A DNA stretch of 29,059 bases from a virus (Duplodnaviria > Caudoviricetes): positions 1-29,059 of IMG/VR virus record IMGVR_UViG_3300038312_000238, one strand, 5' to 3'. Each line of letters starts with the position of its first letter. Positions within the stretch are counted from its first letter, which is position 1. The notes below the pieces were generated by a model. The model was not told the DNA's origin. It saw only the letters and a list, made by a program, of their open reading frames with translations, and ran no database searches. Below, piece after piece: positions 1 through 8,864 of this stretch. The translations under genes and the position numbers were made by a program.

Positions 1-81
1 TTGCGAGCCGGGAGTTATATTAACACAATCCAATATCGTGTCCTCCCGGCCTCGCTCGTTGCGAGCCGGGAGTTATATTAA
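1..81. repeat. Direct repeat with 58-bp period containing a GC-rich hairpin; truncated by the window edge
   Basis: TTGCGAGCCGGGAGTTATATTAA occurs at 1-23 and 59-81. Positions 43-72 fold as CTCCCGG-c-CTCGC-tcgtt-GCGAG-CCGGGAG. Confidence 0.9.
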
Positions 82-91
82 TAATTTTGAC

Positions 92-120
92 TTGATTTTT
101 TATTTTTTTGGATGTATATT
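92..120 (+). promoter_or_regulatory. Sigma70-like promoter upstream of the terminase
   Basis: TTGATT (92-97), 17-nt spacer, TATATT (115-120), in an AT-rich intergenic segment. A similar motif recurs at 13256-13284. Confidence 0.6.
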
Positions 121-126
121 ATAGGC

Positions 127-2535
127 ATGAAAAAACAAATTACATTTTCCGGTGACACTTTAGAGGTCGTTGCAGATTTATTAGACGATATTGTTCTAGA
201 AGAATACGTCGAGCCTGCAAAGACTAGGCGTTCTCGTGCTGAAGCAAAAAGTCAAAAGACCGTTTTTAATACATACAAAGACAAGGATGGCCAAGAAAAG
301 ACTGTCGAAACAAGACTCATAGACTCATCTGCAGGTGGCTGGAAATTCAAATCAGAAGAACACGCAATAAAAAAACGTAAGTTAAGAGATTTTGATTCAA
401 AAAAGAGGGCCTTGCTTGGACGAGAGGTTGGGTCGCATACGCCATGCTCAGAAGAAGACATGCCTTTAAAAAGAGAGATGTATAATTCGCTTGAGTTGTT
501 CTGCAAGACTATATCTCCTAACGCCTTTTATAGACCTTTTTCAGAAGACCACATAAAATACATTAACATGTTAGAGGAATGTCTAGAATATGGCGGTCAG
601 GCGGCTATTGCCTTACAGCGAGGTGACGGAAAGACGTCTATTGCTAAACATGCGGCACTGTGGGCGGTGTTGACTGGGCGAAGAAGATACTTCGTTCCCA
701 TTGTCGCGACTGGAAGCGAAAAGAAGTCATTTCAAAATGACGTTTATATGATATTGGACACTTCCGAAGGACTTGCCCGCTATTACCCAGAGGCCGCTTT
801 TTATTTTAACGCACTTGCTAGAACTCCCGGAAAAGCAAAGGGACAAATGTCTAATCAGGTCCCGACAATGATAAGTGTTGGTTCTGTTATATCTTTCCCA
901 TATGTCTATAATGATAGCGAAAAATTGGAATTTTGCTCGCAAGCACGAATCGAATCAAGGTCTTTGCTTGGAGCAATTCGAGGTATGCAGTATATAACAC
1001 CAACAGGTGAAATACTTAGACCAGACTTTGTTCTTTTTGACGACTGTCAGACAAGAAAATCTGCCGCGTCTGCGACTCAAACCAAAAATAGGCTTGATAT
1101 CATTAATGCAGACTGTTTAGGGTTAGGTGGTAAAGACGTCACACTTGCCGCTGTTTTTGCATGTACCGTCATCAAACCAAACGACCTCGCTGATACAATA
1201 TTAAAATCTTGGACGAGCGTAAGAGGTAAAGCACTATATAAATTCCCAACAAACAGGGAAGCTGTAGACAAATATGTCGGGTTTAGAAAACTACTGCGTC
1301 AAGAGAAATATAATATTGTAGAAATAAGAAAAAGGACAACTGAATACTACATAACCCACAGGGCAGAACTTGAGGAGGGTGCCGAGGTTGGAAACCCGCA
1401 TAACTTCGACCCGGCTAATGAAGTTTCTGCAATACACGCGGCTTTGAATGCGATAGCGGACAAAGGCATGGACGCATTTTTGTCTGAATATCAAAACGCC
1501 CCAAAAGACGAAGAAGATTATATAGATGCAAAATTAGCAAAGTATTCAGATTTTAAGACTAACGATTTAAAAAAGTACGAAGCTCCGTTGTTTACCGACA
1601 GAATAACTTGCGGAGTTGACGTTGGCGATGAAATTCTTTTTTATACTATATTGGCGACAACGCAAGACGGGTCGACTTCTGTTGTCGGGTATGGGACAGT
1701 TCCCGAACAACACGGGTCGTTCACAGCGGCTAACCCGAATGTGAAATTGAGCTCGATGTACCCTAGCGAGACCAAAATATACGACGGGCTTAAAGACTTG
1801 TTTTCAAAACTATACGAATTAACTTTAACAGAGTGCAATGGTATAGGGCACAGGATAGAAAAAGTGTTTTGCGACGGTGGATACATGCCGGAGGTTGTCG
1901 TAAAGGCAATAAACACTGTACCGCGTGGTTTTGTAGAAATGAGCATAGGTACCGGAATACCGGCGTCCAAAAAACCAATATCTGAATATACAAAAAGAAC
2001 AGGTAGAAGACGCGGCAACAACTGGTATTACCCGACGACAAAGAATAAGACGATGAGCAGGTACATCTTAATAAATACGTATTATTGGAAAGACGTCTTA
2101 AATCAAAAAATATTACTAGGCGCCGCCGAAAGAGGTCTTACGTTATACGGCGATGACATGCTTAAACATATTGTATTTGTGGACCATCTAACAGCAGAAA
2201 CGTTTGTCCCGGAGACGGCTAACGGCAGAACCGTTAATAAATGGAGTAAAAAGCCCGGCAGAACCGAAAACCATTTTTTCGATTGCGCTGTTTACGCATT
2301 AACAGCCGCAGATACCGTTTCCGGCGGCGGATTGCCCCCTCTGGGCGCGGGCGATATCGAACCGATAACCGAACCCCCCAGAGCCATAAAATCAAACCTT
2401 GCCCCCATTCCGGGCAGAAAAACCGTATCTAAAATTTTTGAAAGAAAAATCGGAGTTGACATTGAAAAAATGGAAAACAATGTTATATTACCAAAAAGCA
2501 GAATAGCGAGGATGCACAATGAAAGAAGACATTAA
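127..2535 (+). CDS. Phage terminase large subunit (gpA-like ATPase plus C-terminal nuclease)
   Basis: Walker A-like ALQRGDGKTS, Walker B-like RPDFVLFDDCQT, nuclease motifs ITCGVDVG, VFCDGGY and ENHFFDCAVYA; lies ahead of the portal. ATG127 is preferred because ATG112 lies inside the promoter. Confidence 0.92.
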   Translation: MKKQITFSGDTLEVVADLLDDIVLEEYVEPAKTRRSRAEAKSQKTVFNTYKDKDGQEKTVETRLIDSSAGGWKFKSEEHAIKKRKLRDFDSKKRALLGREVGSHTPCSEEDMPLKREMYNSLELFCKTISPNAFYRPFSEDHIKYINMLEECLEYGGQAAIALQRGDGKTSIAKHAALWAVLTGRRRYFVPIVATGSEKKSFQNDVYMILDTSEGLARYYPEAAFYFNALARTPGKAKGQMSNQVPTMISVGSVISFPYVYNDSEKLEFCSQARIESRSLLGAIRGMQYITPTGEILRPDFVLFDDCQTRKSAASATQTKNRLDIINADCLGLGGKDVTLAAVFACTVIKPNDLADTILKSWTSVRGKALYKFPTNREAVDKYVGFRKLLRQEKYNIVEIRKRTTEYYITHRAELEEGAEVGNPHNFDPANEVSAIHAALNAIADKGMDAFLSEYQNAPKDEEDYIDAKLAKYSDFKTNDLKKYEAPLFTDRITCGVDVGDEILFYTILATTQDGSTSVVGYGTVPEQHGSFTAANPNVKLSSMYPSETKIYDGLKDLFSKLYELTLTECNGIGHRIEKVFCDGGYMPEVVVKAINTVPRGFVEMSIGTGIPASKKPISEYTKRTGRRRGNNWYYPTTKNKTMSRYILINTYYWKDVLNQKILLGAAERGLTLYGDDMLKHIVFVDHLTAETFVPETANGRTVNKWSKKPGRTENHFFDCAVYALTAADTVSGGGLPPLGAGDIEPITEPPRAIKSNLAPIPGRKTVSKIFERKIGVDIEKMENNVILPKSRIARMHNERRH

Positions 2536-2656
2536 TTTAGATATTGACGTCAAGGTTGCAAATAAAGACGTCAAGGTTGCAAATAAAACTCACGATTGTG
2601 TTTTCTATACCGTCGCCGGTAAAAAGTATTGTTATATATGCGGGAAAGTTAAATAA
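2519..2656 (+). CDS. Small 45-aa protein with a possible zinc-binding motif (not in the ORF track)
   Basis: Reads MKEDINLDIDVKVANKDVKVANKTHDCVFYTVAGKKYCYICGKVK. Fills the gap exactly and its TAA overlaps the next ATG (TAATG). Confidence 0.7.
   Translation: MKEDINLDIDVKVANKDVKVANKTHDCVFYTVAGKKYCYICGKVK
2546..2587 (+). repeat. 21-bp tandem duplication (DVKVANK x2)
   Basis: GACGTCAAGGTTGCAAATAAA twice, in frame. Confidence 0.95.
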
Positions 2657-2841
2657 TGGCGTGTGTTGACAAAGAAAAAATAAAGCGCGTTTCAGTAGAC
2701 GGCTCGATTGTAGAGATCGATACCGACAAAGACAAAAAAGATTCGGAACTTCAGTCTAAACGCAACTTAACTAAAATTCTTATGTCTGGAAAATTGCCAT
2801 TTTTCGTCAAAAAGTTTATGCCACCAGGAGGTAAACTGTGA
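2656..2841 (+). CDS. Putative head-tail joining protein (gpW position)
   Basis: 61 aa between terminase and lambda-type portal; GTGA overlap with the portal start. Confidence 0.6.
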   Translation: MACVDKEKIKRVSVDGSIVEIDTDKDKKDSELQSKRNLTKILMSGKLPFFVKKFMPPGGKL

Positions 2842-4262
2842 CAGATTATGAAATAGTTAGCGCCCCGTTGAATGTAGTCGTCTCGGCGGGAAACAATAAA
2901 CGAAACGTCAAAAAATCGGCAAAGCTATCATATGACGCAGCTAACACAAATCGCCATAATCGGGGTTTGTGGGAAAATGCGGACAATTTGGCCGTTAAAG
3001 ACTTCAATTCAGCCTCAGTCAGGAAGACGCTACTTTCACGGGCGCGCTACGAAAGTCAAAATTCACCATACGTAAAAAACATCACAAGAGTTGGTCCTGT
3101 TTTTTTAGTTGGTAAAGTCCCACATTTGAATGTGACAGAAAACGAAGAAAGGACAGATTTGGCTGTTGCCATTAATCGTGCTTGGATCGAATGGTGTAGA
3201 TATAAAAACTTTGGAAGAAAGTTGAGGGTTTTGGACGAAGCGGCAATGCGCGACGGCGAGGGATTTGCAATCATTGTAGAAAGCGCTCTCGGTGAAGAAG
3301 ACGAACTTATGATTCCAAAATTTGACGTTCTTCTTGTCGCGACTGAAAGAATGACATCAAGCGAATTTGGCGACAATATAGTTGACGGTCTGTCTATTGA
3401 TCCAAAGTCCGGTTACGTAAAATCTTATACGTTAAAAGACGGTCAAAAAGAGCAAAAGATCGACGCTAAATACGTTTTACACTGGTTTTACCAAGATTAT
3501 CCGGAACAGTACAGACAAGTCCCTGAACTTACAGCAGGACTGCAGTTACACGCGCAACTCCGTAGCTACACAACGTCACAAGTAAAAACCGCGCAAAATA
3601 TCGCAGACAGGTCTATGTATATCGTCGCTGATGATATGACGTTTGATGACACTGTTATAGGGCAGGTATCTGAATCTGACGAACAATATCTTTCAGCTTT
3701 TGAGTCATTATCTGTAGATGAAAGAGACGCGATGTATATTATGCCGCCCGGATGGGAGCCTAAATTTGCCCCAAATAATTTTCCCGCACCTGCGTTTTCA
3801 GATTTTCACGACAGTGTTGTTACAATAGGCGCATCTGGAACTGGAACACCGCTAAATTTAGCGACTGGAAACAGCAGAGGGTACAATTACGCGTCGGCCC
3901 GCATGGACCATTTGACATATTCGAAAAAAAGGGAAGTGGACCAGTACGATTTATCGTGCATTATTCTTGACAAAGTCGCAAAATTTTTTATTAAGGGTAT
4001 GCTCGATGTTCTAAAAGTCCCCGAGACAAAATATCTGGAACTTGATTGGGACTGGCAATTTGACGTTGCTTCTCCGGCTGATGAGTTTGTCGCGGCAAAA
4101 GCTGCGGCAGCAAGACTTGAGGCTGGTGTTACAAGTGAAATATATGAGGCACAGAGATTCGGCGTTAACCCGTGGATCATGGCGAGCGAAAGACATAGAT
4201 ATAAAAGCTATCTTGCAGAGTTGGGCTTAGTGGAAAGTAATAAAGGAGAGGGTGTAAAATGA
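2838..4262 (+). CDS. Phage portal protein, lambda family
   Basis: Motifs SYDAA, LLSRARYESQNSPY, MRDGEGF, VLHWF..YPEQYRQVP and GNSRGYNYASARMD. Confidence 0.93.
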   Translation: MTDYEIVSAPLNVVVSAGNNKRNVKKSAKLSYDAANTNRHNRGLWENADNLAVKDFNSASVRKTLLSRARYESQNSPYVKNITRVGPVFLVGKVPHLNVTENEERTDLAVAINRAWIEWCRYKNFGRKLRVLDEAAMRDGEGFAIIVESALGEEDELMIPKFDVLLVATERMTSSEFGDNIVDGLSIDPKSGYVKSYTLKDGQKEQKIDAKYVLHWFYQDYPEQYRQVPELTAGLQLHAQLRSYTTSQVKTAQNIADRSMYIVADDMTFDDTVIGQVSESDEQYLSAFESLSVDERDAMYIMPPGWEPKFAPNNFPAPAFSDFHDSVVTIGASGTGTPLNLATGNSRGYNYASARMDHLTYSKKREVDQYDLSCIILDKVAKFFIKGMLDVLKVPETKYLELDWDWQFDVASPADEFVAAKAAAARLEAGVTSEIYEAQRFGVNPWIMASERHRYKSYLAELGLVESNKGEGVK

Positions 4263-4717
4263 GTAAGATTTTTTACGATGGACCTCTTTATACCGGTGTT
4301 ATAGTTCCACATTATGGGTTCAATATTGCATTTGATATATCGGGCGTTGATTTTGTTGGACATGTGCCACTTCTTGCTGACCACATTTCGTGGAATATAA
4401 GATCACGACTTGGTGACGTAGAAGTCGTCAATGTCGCGGACGATTATTCACAGCTTTTCATTAATTCTTTTGTTGAAGAAAAAAATCTCGACAATAGCGG
4501 GATTGAGATGTTTGAAAAATATGGTGTATCTATGGGCGTAGATATAGTTTCACTAGAAACACCTAAAACTCTTTTTGAAAATGGCGTTGAATTTATAAAC
4601 GGAAGACCTATAACCTATTATAATAACGCCGATTATATTGTGACTAAGTCGCTTGTAAAAGAAGCGTCTTTGACAAATGGTCCAAAAGACCCGAACGCCG
4701 TACTTACAAGGAGGTAA
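4259..4717 (+). CDS. Prohead maturation protease
   Basis: VPLLADH, GVSMG and KEASLT.GP.DPNA match HK97/Mu-type prohead proteases; lies between portal and capsid. Confidence 0.75.
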   Translation: MSKIFYDGPLYTGVIVPHYGFNIAFDISGVDFVGHVPLLADHISWNIRSRLGDVEVVNVADDYSQLFINSFVEEKNLDNSGIEMFEKYGVSMGVDIVSLETPKTLFENGVEFINGRPITYYNNADYIVTKSLVKEASLTNGPKDPNAVLTRR

Positions 4718-4718
4718 A

Positions 4719-6215
4719 ATGGCTAAAATTGTAAAAAACGTGCGAATGGCAGTCGCGCGCGCTTTCAGAGGAAGCGAAAATGACACTGCTGAGGCTGTAA
4801 CGCCTCCAAATGGCGTTCAGACCATCGAAGCACCGGACGTTTCCGTTGCGGTGGATGAACGGGTCGAGAGCCGCCTTGGTAAAGAGACGCCGAAAGGTGC
4901 AAACTTGAGCGAAACGCCTGTGGTTCAACAGCCTGTGGTTCAACAGCCTGTGGTTCAACAGCCTGTGGTTCAACAGCCTGTGGTTCAACAGCCTGTGGTT
5001 CAACAGCCTGTGGTTCAACAGCCTGTTAACCTCGGAGCTCCTAACATTCACATTGCGACTTTGGGACAGCCGAGTCAAGCGCAGAGCGATCTTACACAGG
5101 GGGCTGTCGACATTGCGTTTGCGCGACTTATGGGCGTTACCGCAAACATGGGGTCGGAGCAGGATAACGAACGTGCGGACCGGCTCATTCGTCGTGGGTT
5201 TGGTCTCCAGCGAGCAGTTATCGAGCTTGCGAAACTTGGCGGGGTTGAGGTGGACCGTATTACCGGCGGAAACGTAGGCCGTGTTCTTGCGGCGGCGTCT
5301 TATACGTCAAAGTTTGGCGGTATTCCGCAGTCGGCTGGACTTTCCAGCGGCGGCATGACAACTTTCAATCTCCCACAGGCGCTTTCAAACGCCGCAAACA
5401 TGATCGTTTTGCAGACTTCTCAGGGAATTGATGAATCGTACAAGGACATTTCTGTCGTTTACAACCACGACCGTTATGAAACCTTTAAACTCATTGGAAC
5501 TGGCGGCGATTTTCGTCTTAAGTCCTTGGGGATGAACGGCACGATTGAACATGCGAAGTTTTCGGAAGAGGTGTTCACAAACGAGATTGACATCAAGGCC
5601 ATCATGACCGTCATTGACGAACGCGCCATCGTTAACGACAGCGTTGGGGCCTTTGCGTCGACAATCGGCAACATGGCGCGAGACGCTATGGTGACCTTTA
5701 ACGATGACTTTTGGGCAAAATTCATCGACGATTCAACTTTTTACAGTGCCGCCAATGACAACGTCGTTTCAAACAACGCCCTGTCGCAGACTGGATTGAC
5801 GGCCGCCGTTCAAAAGTTGGAGCTCATGAAACGCGACGGAAAACTCATTGGAAACCGAGCGTATGCGCTTGTTGTTCCCACGCAGTTGAAAGTTGTGGCG
5901 ATGGGGCTTATGGCGTCTATCATGGCGACCAAGGTTTCAGATTTCAATCCGTACGCTGGAATGTTCAAGGTCGTCTCGAGCCCATATCTTGCCGATGACC
6001 CGACTTCATGGTATTTGACCGTACAGCCGATCGGACGCGCCCCGATGACTCGCGGATATATCGGCGGTCGCGAATACCCCACCGTTGAAAGTTCAAATGC
6101 GGACTTTAACCAGTTGGGAATTCAGACACGTTGTCGTTTTGATTATGGTGTTAACCATTTTGACCCGCGCACTTCGGTGAAGTGTCTTGCGCCGGTTGCA
6201 GGAACAGGAGATTAA
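4719..6215 (+). CDS. Major capsid protein (Mu gpT-like) with N-terminal scaffold-like or low-complexity region
   Basis: AGGAGGT SD before ATG4719; motifs ERAIVNDSVGAF, ALVVPTQLK, VVSSPYL..SWYL and ADFNQLGIQTRCRFDYGV. Confidence 0.88.
   Translation: MAKIVKNVRMAVARAFRGSENDTAEAVTPPNGVQTIEAPDVSVAVDERVESRLGKETPKGANLSETPVVQQPVVQQPVVQQPVVQQPVVQQPVVQQPVVQQPVNLGAPNIHIATLGQPSQAQSDLTQGAVDIAFARLMGVTANMGSEQDNERADRLIRRGFGLQRAVIELAKLGGVEVDRITGGNVGRVLAAASYTSKFGGIPQSAGLSSGGMTTFNLPQALSNAANMIVLQTSQGIDESYKDISVVYNHDRYETFKLIGTGGDFRLKSLGMNGTIEHAKFSEEVFTNEIDIKAIMTVIDERAIVNDSVGAFASTIGNMARDAMVTFNDDFWAKFIDDSTFYSAANDNVVSNNALSQTGLTAAVQKLELMKRDGKLIGNRAYALVVPTQLKVVAMGLMASIMATKVSDFNPYAGMFKVVSSPYLADDPTSWYLTVQPIGRAPMTRGYIGGREYPTVESSNADFNQLGIQTRCRFDYGVNHFDPRTSVKCLAPVAGTGD
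4917..5021 (+). repeat. Perfect 15-bp tandem repeat x7 encoding PVVQQ
   Basis: CCTGTGGTTCAACAG seven times with no mismatch. Confidence 0.98.
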
Positions 6216-6216
6216 T

Positions 6217-6561
6217 ATGGGACGATTTGTAAGAGAAACACCTTTTCAGCACGTTTTTGCCACGGCGAAAACTGCAGGTGATTTTGTGAAAGTTGGAACT
6301 GTCGTAGGGATGGTTTCTGGAAGTGTTGCCGCAGGAAAAGCAGTTGCGGTTATTACAGAGGGTGTGGTTGAAGCAGAGTCGTCGGTTGCGGCTATTGCAA
6401 TTGGTGACACGGTTTATATTGACCTTGCAACTCAAAAAGTCAATGTAACCTCCGGGGATGGCCTCGGAGTTTGTGTTGAAGTTCCCGCCACTAAAGTAGG
6501 TGGAATTTGCAGAGTCTTGCTGCGCCCCACTGAAGCTGTTGAGGCACAGACAGGTTCATAA
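6217..6561 (+). CDS. Capsid decoration/cement protein (DUF2190-like)
   Basis: AGDFVKVG.VVG, G.AVAVITEGVVE, IAIGDTVYID and a C-terminal RVLL; follows the capsid gene with an AGGAGA SD. Confidence 0.8.
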   Translation: MGRFVRETPFQHVFATAKTAGDFVKVGTVVGMVSGSVAAGKAVAVITEGVVEAESSVAAIAIGDTVYIDLATQKVNVTSGDGLGVCVEVPATKVGGICRVLLRPTEAVEAQTGS

Positions 6562-6569
6562 AGCTATAG

Positions 6570-6962
6570 ATGAGTAATATACTTCAAATAGCTAACGAAA
6601 TTCTTTCCGACACACTGAAAAGTGTTGTCGGAGAGAATTTTATTTATACTCGCGGAGATTACTCGTTTACTTTTTGTGGCGTAATTGCATACAACCCAAA
6701 AGTGGAGCAGAATGTGATATCTGGCGAGATAGGAAGTTATTCAGATGTCTTTTCTGTTATTTTAGACACAAAAAATTTTTTATGGGATATTTTAGGGGCA
6801 CCACAACAGCACGACTATATCACCAATTCAAAAAATGAAAGATTTTCAGTTACCAAGGACATAGGTGTAGGATTCTCTTTAGGTGTTTCAACTTGGCGTT
6901 ATTGCGACGCGTATAAACACAGGATGAGGATATTTGTGAGGGTTGAAGAAAATGCTTACTGA
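6570..6962 (+). CDS. Putative head-tail adaptor/stopper protein
   Basis: 130 aa in the head-completion position; WRYCDAYKHRMRI ending. Confidence 0.6.
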   Translation: MSNILQIANEILSDTLKSVVGENFIYTRGDYSFTFCGVIAYNPKVEQNVISGEIGSYSDVFSVILDTKNFLWDILGAPQQHDYITNSKNERFSVTKDIGVGFSLGVSTWRYCDAYKHRMRIFVRVEENAY

Positions 6963-7323
6963 CATGATAAATAGGCTCGAAAACGACGAAAGGTTTGGGA
7001 TAAGTTTTCAAGCTACGGATGCTTTTATATCCGACTACACCGCAGATGAAGAAATAAAAAAATACTTCACTACGTCAAAACGTGGCAATGAGGTAATTGG
7101 GGACCGTAACGGCCCAACGGCAAAAGTGTTTTTTGAAGTAAAAATATATGCCGTTGCAAAAGGCAAAAATGTCGAGGACGTTTTTTTCTCTATAGCAAGT
7201 GCCGCAGAGGAAGTCTGCGATATTATAAATGCACTTAGGTACGTTGTCGTAAAAACGATAACGTACCCTATTCAGCAAGACAGATTTTTGTGTGCAACTG
7301 TGGGGTTTCAATACATTGGCTAG
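6952..7323 (+). CDS. Putative tail completion/terminator protein
   Basis: Size and position between head and tail genes; function inferred from synteny only. Confidence 0.45.
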   Translation: MLTDMINRLENDERFGISFQATDAFISDYTADEEIKKYFTTSKRGNEVIGDRNGPTAKVFFEVKIYAVAKGKNVEDVFFSIASAAEEVCDIINALRYVVVKTITYPIQQDRFLCATVGFQYIG

Positions 7324-8005
7324 TATTTTTAACGACGCTTTTAAAAGAAAATTAGAAACTTCACAAGAGAAGTTTTTAGGGGTTATTGGTTCATACTGCA
7401 GGACAATAATGCAGAGGTCCATAAGGCGCTCGTCAAAGTATATGAAAAAATCACAGCCTGGGGCACCTCCTATCGCGCACGCCAGAAGCGGATATATATT
7501 TAAAAAAGGAATAGCCTTTGATGTCAAGGCGAACGAAAAAGCTGTTTACATAGGCAGTCTCAGAATGCCCGATCTGAAATTAGCGGAGACTGGACAAACC
7601 GTTCCAGGTGCTATGGAAAATGGGATGAGGCGACATAAGGAAACCATAGTCAGTCAAAATTGGTTATCTTTCTTAGGAAAGACGGATAAAAAAAATATAA
7701 CAGACTATAATATTATGGTGAAGATGATAGGGAGACCGGCACCAATAAGGATAGGGTTAACAGGGAGTGCGGTCCCTGTTTTTTCAAATTATCTCCAGCA
7801 GACTGTTTATGTTCAGTATGCCACAATATTGAACATGAACATGGCGAGGAGGTCTATAGAAATAATGTACAAATACTTTGGCACCCCAACGTTTGAAGCC
7901 AACGTCACAGTTGCCCCGCGCCCTTTTGCGAGACCGGCATTAATTATGACATTGCAAACGCAATTAGATAAAGCTATAAAACAGGGCTTTAAAAGCCTAC
8001 AATAA
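7316..8005 (+). CDS. HK97 gp10-like tail completion (neck) protein
   Basis: SQPGAPP, VYIGS, MENG and C-terminal VAPRPFARPAL motifs. Start uncertain (TTG7316 or GTG7292). Confidence 0.65.
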   Translation: MASIFNDAFKRKLETSQEKFLGVIGSYCRTIMQRSIRRSSKYMKKSQPGAPPIAHARSGYIFKKGIAFDVKANEKAVYIGSLRMPDLKLAETGQTVPGAMENGMRRHKETIVSQNWLSFLGKTDKKNITDYNIMVKMIGRPAPIRIGLTGSAVPVFSNYLQQTVYVQYATILNMNMARRSIEIMYKYFGTPTFEANVTVAPRPFARPALIMTLQTQLDKAIKQGFKSLQ

Positions 8006-8023
8006 CAAAGACAGGAGGTAAAA

Positions 8024-8482
8024 ATGAATGAACCGGTATTAGGATATCAGGGTGGGCTTTTTCACGCCACCATTACCGAAACCGAAGGTGTTGTCACCGC
8101 CACAAAAGGTGCCGAAATTTTGGTTATTCGCGACCCCGCACCGGACGACAGTCGCGCTGAAGCGCCAGCGTCGTATCGGCATGACAGGCAGTTTGTTACC
8201 ATGGCGAGCGGCCGTAGGACGCTTAATATTGGCGTCACGCTTGGCGTTCAACCCACAGACGACGACTACAACTTCTTTCGTGAAAATTACGAAGCAAATA
8301 CGCCGGTTCCTTTGTGCTTTTCGACAAACGTTGATGACACGAAGCCGCACGAAGAGGTATACGGAATGTTTACAATATCGAGTTTTTCATCGAGCGGAAA
8401 CGACGACGGCGTTCAGGAAGTATCGCTTCAGCTCCGTTTCGCCGGTATGTATCACTTTGTCGAGCCGGTAGCGGGGACTTAA
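8024..8482 (+). CDS. Major tail tube protein
   Basis: Strong AGGAGGT SD, 152 aa, beta-rich pattern ending GMFTISSFSSSGNDDGVQEVSLQLR; precedes chaperones and tape measure. Confidence 0.8.
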   Translation: MNEPVLGYQGGLFHATITETEGVVTATKGAEILVIRDPAPDDSRAEAPASYRHDRQFVTMASGRRTLNIGVTLGVQPTDDDYNFFRENYEANTPVPLCFSTNVDDTKPHEEVYGMFTISSFSSSGNDDGVQEVSLQLRFAGMYHFVEPVAGT

Positions 8483-8483
8483 T

Positions 8484-8864
8484 ATGAAAATTAACGTAAA
8501 AGGTAAGGAGTATGTCGCAAGCCTGACATACAGCACCGTAAAAAAAATCAAAGACCTTATTGGGATTGATTTGCTTTATCTCAACTCCAACATGCTGACG
8601 GCGGTAGCGTCGTCAATGGTCGTCAGGGGAGAGATTGTCGAGGCACTTTTTGACAAGGTCGATTTTTCTGAAATGACCAACGATGAATTCAAGAAAAACG
8701 ACGAGGCTTTTCAAAAGGAATTTCACATTTTTTTTACGGAGATGGACCTCAAGGAAATTGCGGACGCGTTCAAGGAAGCGATAGACAACATAAACCAGCA
8801 GGTAAAAGCGACAAAGGTAGAAAACCCGATGGAAAAAACACAGACGGAGTCAACCTTAGACTAA
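8484..8864 (+). CDS. Tail assembly chaperone (gpG-like)
   Basis: Lies between tail tube and tape measure; slippery G-GAA-AAA near its 3' end. Confidence 0.75.
   Translation: MKINVKGKEYVASLTYSTVKKIKDLIGIDLLYLNSNMLTAVASSMVVRGEIVEALFDKVDFSEMTNDEFKKNDEAFQKEFHIFFTEMDLKEIADAFKEAIDNINQQVKATKVENPMEKTQTESTLD

Noticed and set aside
4677-4718. Protease-capsid fusion by frameshift, or the longer capsid start at 4677
   Set aside because: A strong AGGAGGT SD sits before ATG4719 and I see no slippery site.
4917-5021. Possible CRISPR array
   Set aside because: Contiguous 15-mers with no spacers, in frame within the capsid gene; no cas genes in the window.
6187-6216. Capsid-decoration fusion suggested by the overlapping ORF start
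   Set aside because: ATG6217 has its own AGGAGA SD and there is no shift-prone motif.
8052-8471. 139-aa alternative-frame ORF inside the tail tube gene
   Set aside because: No SD or recognisable motif; explained as a shadow of the real gene.
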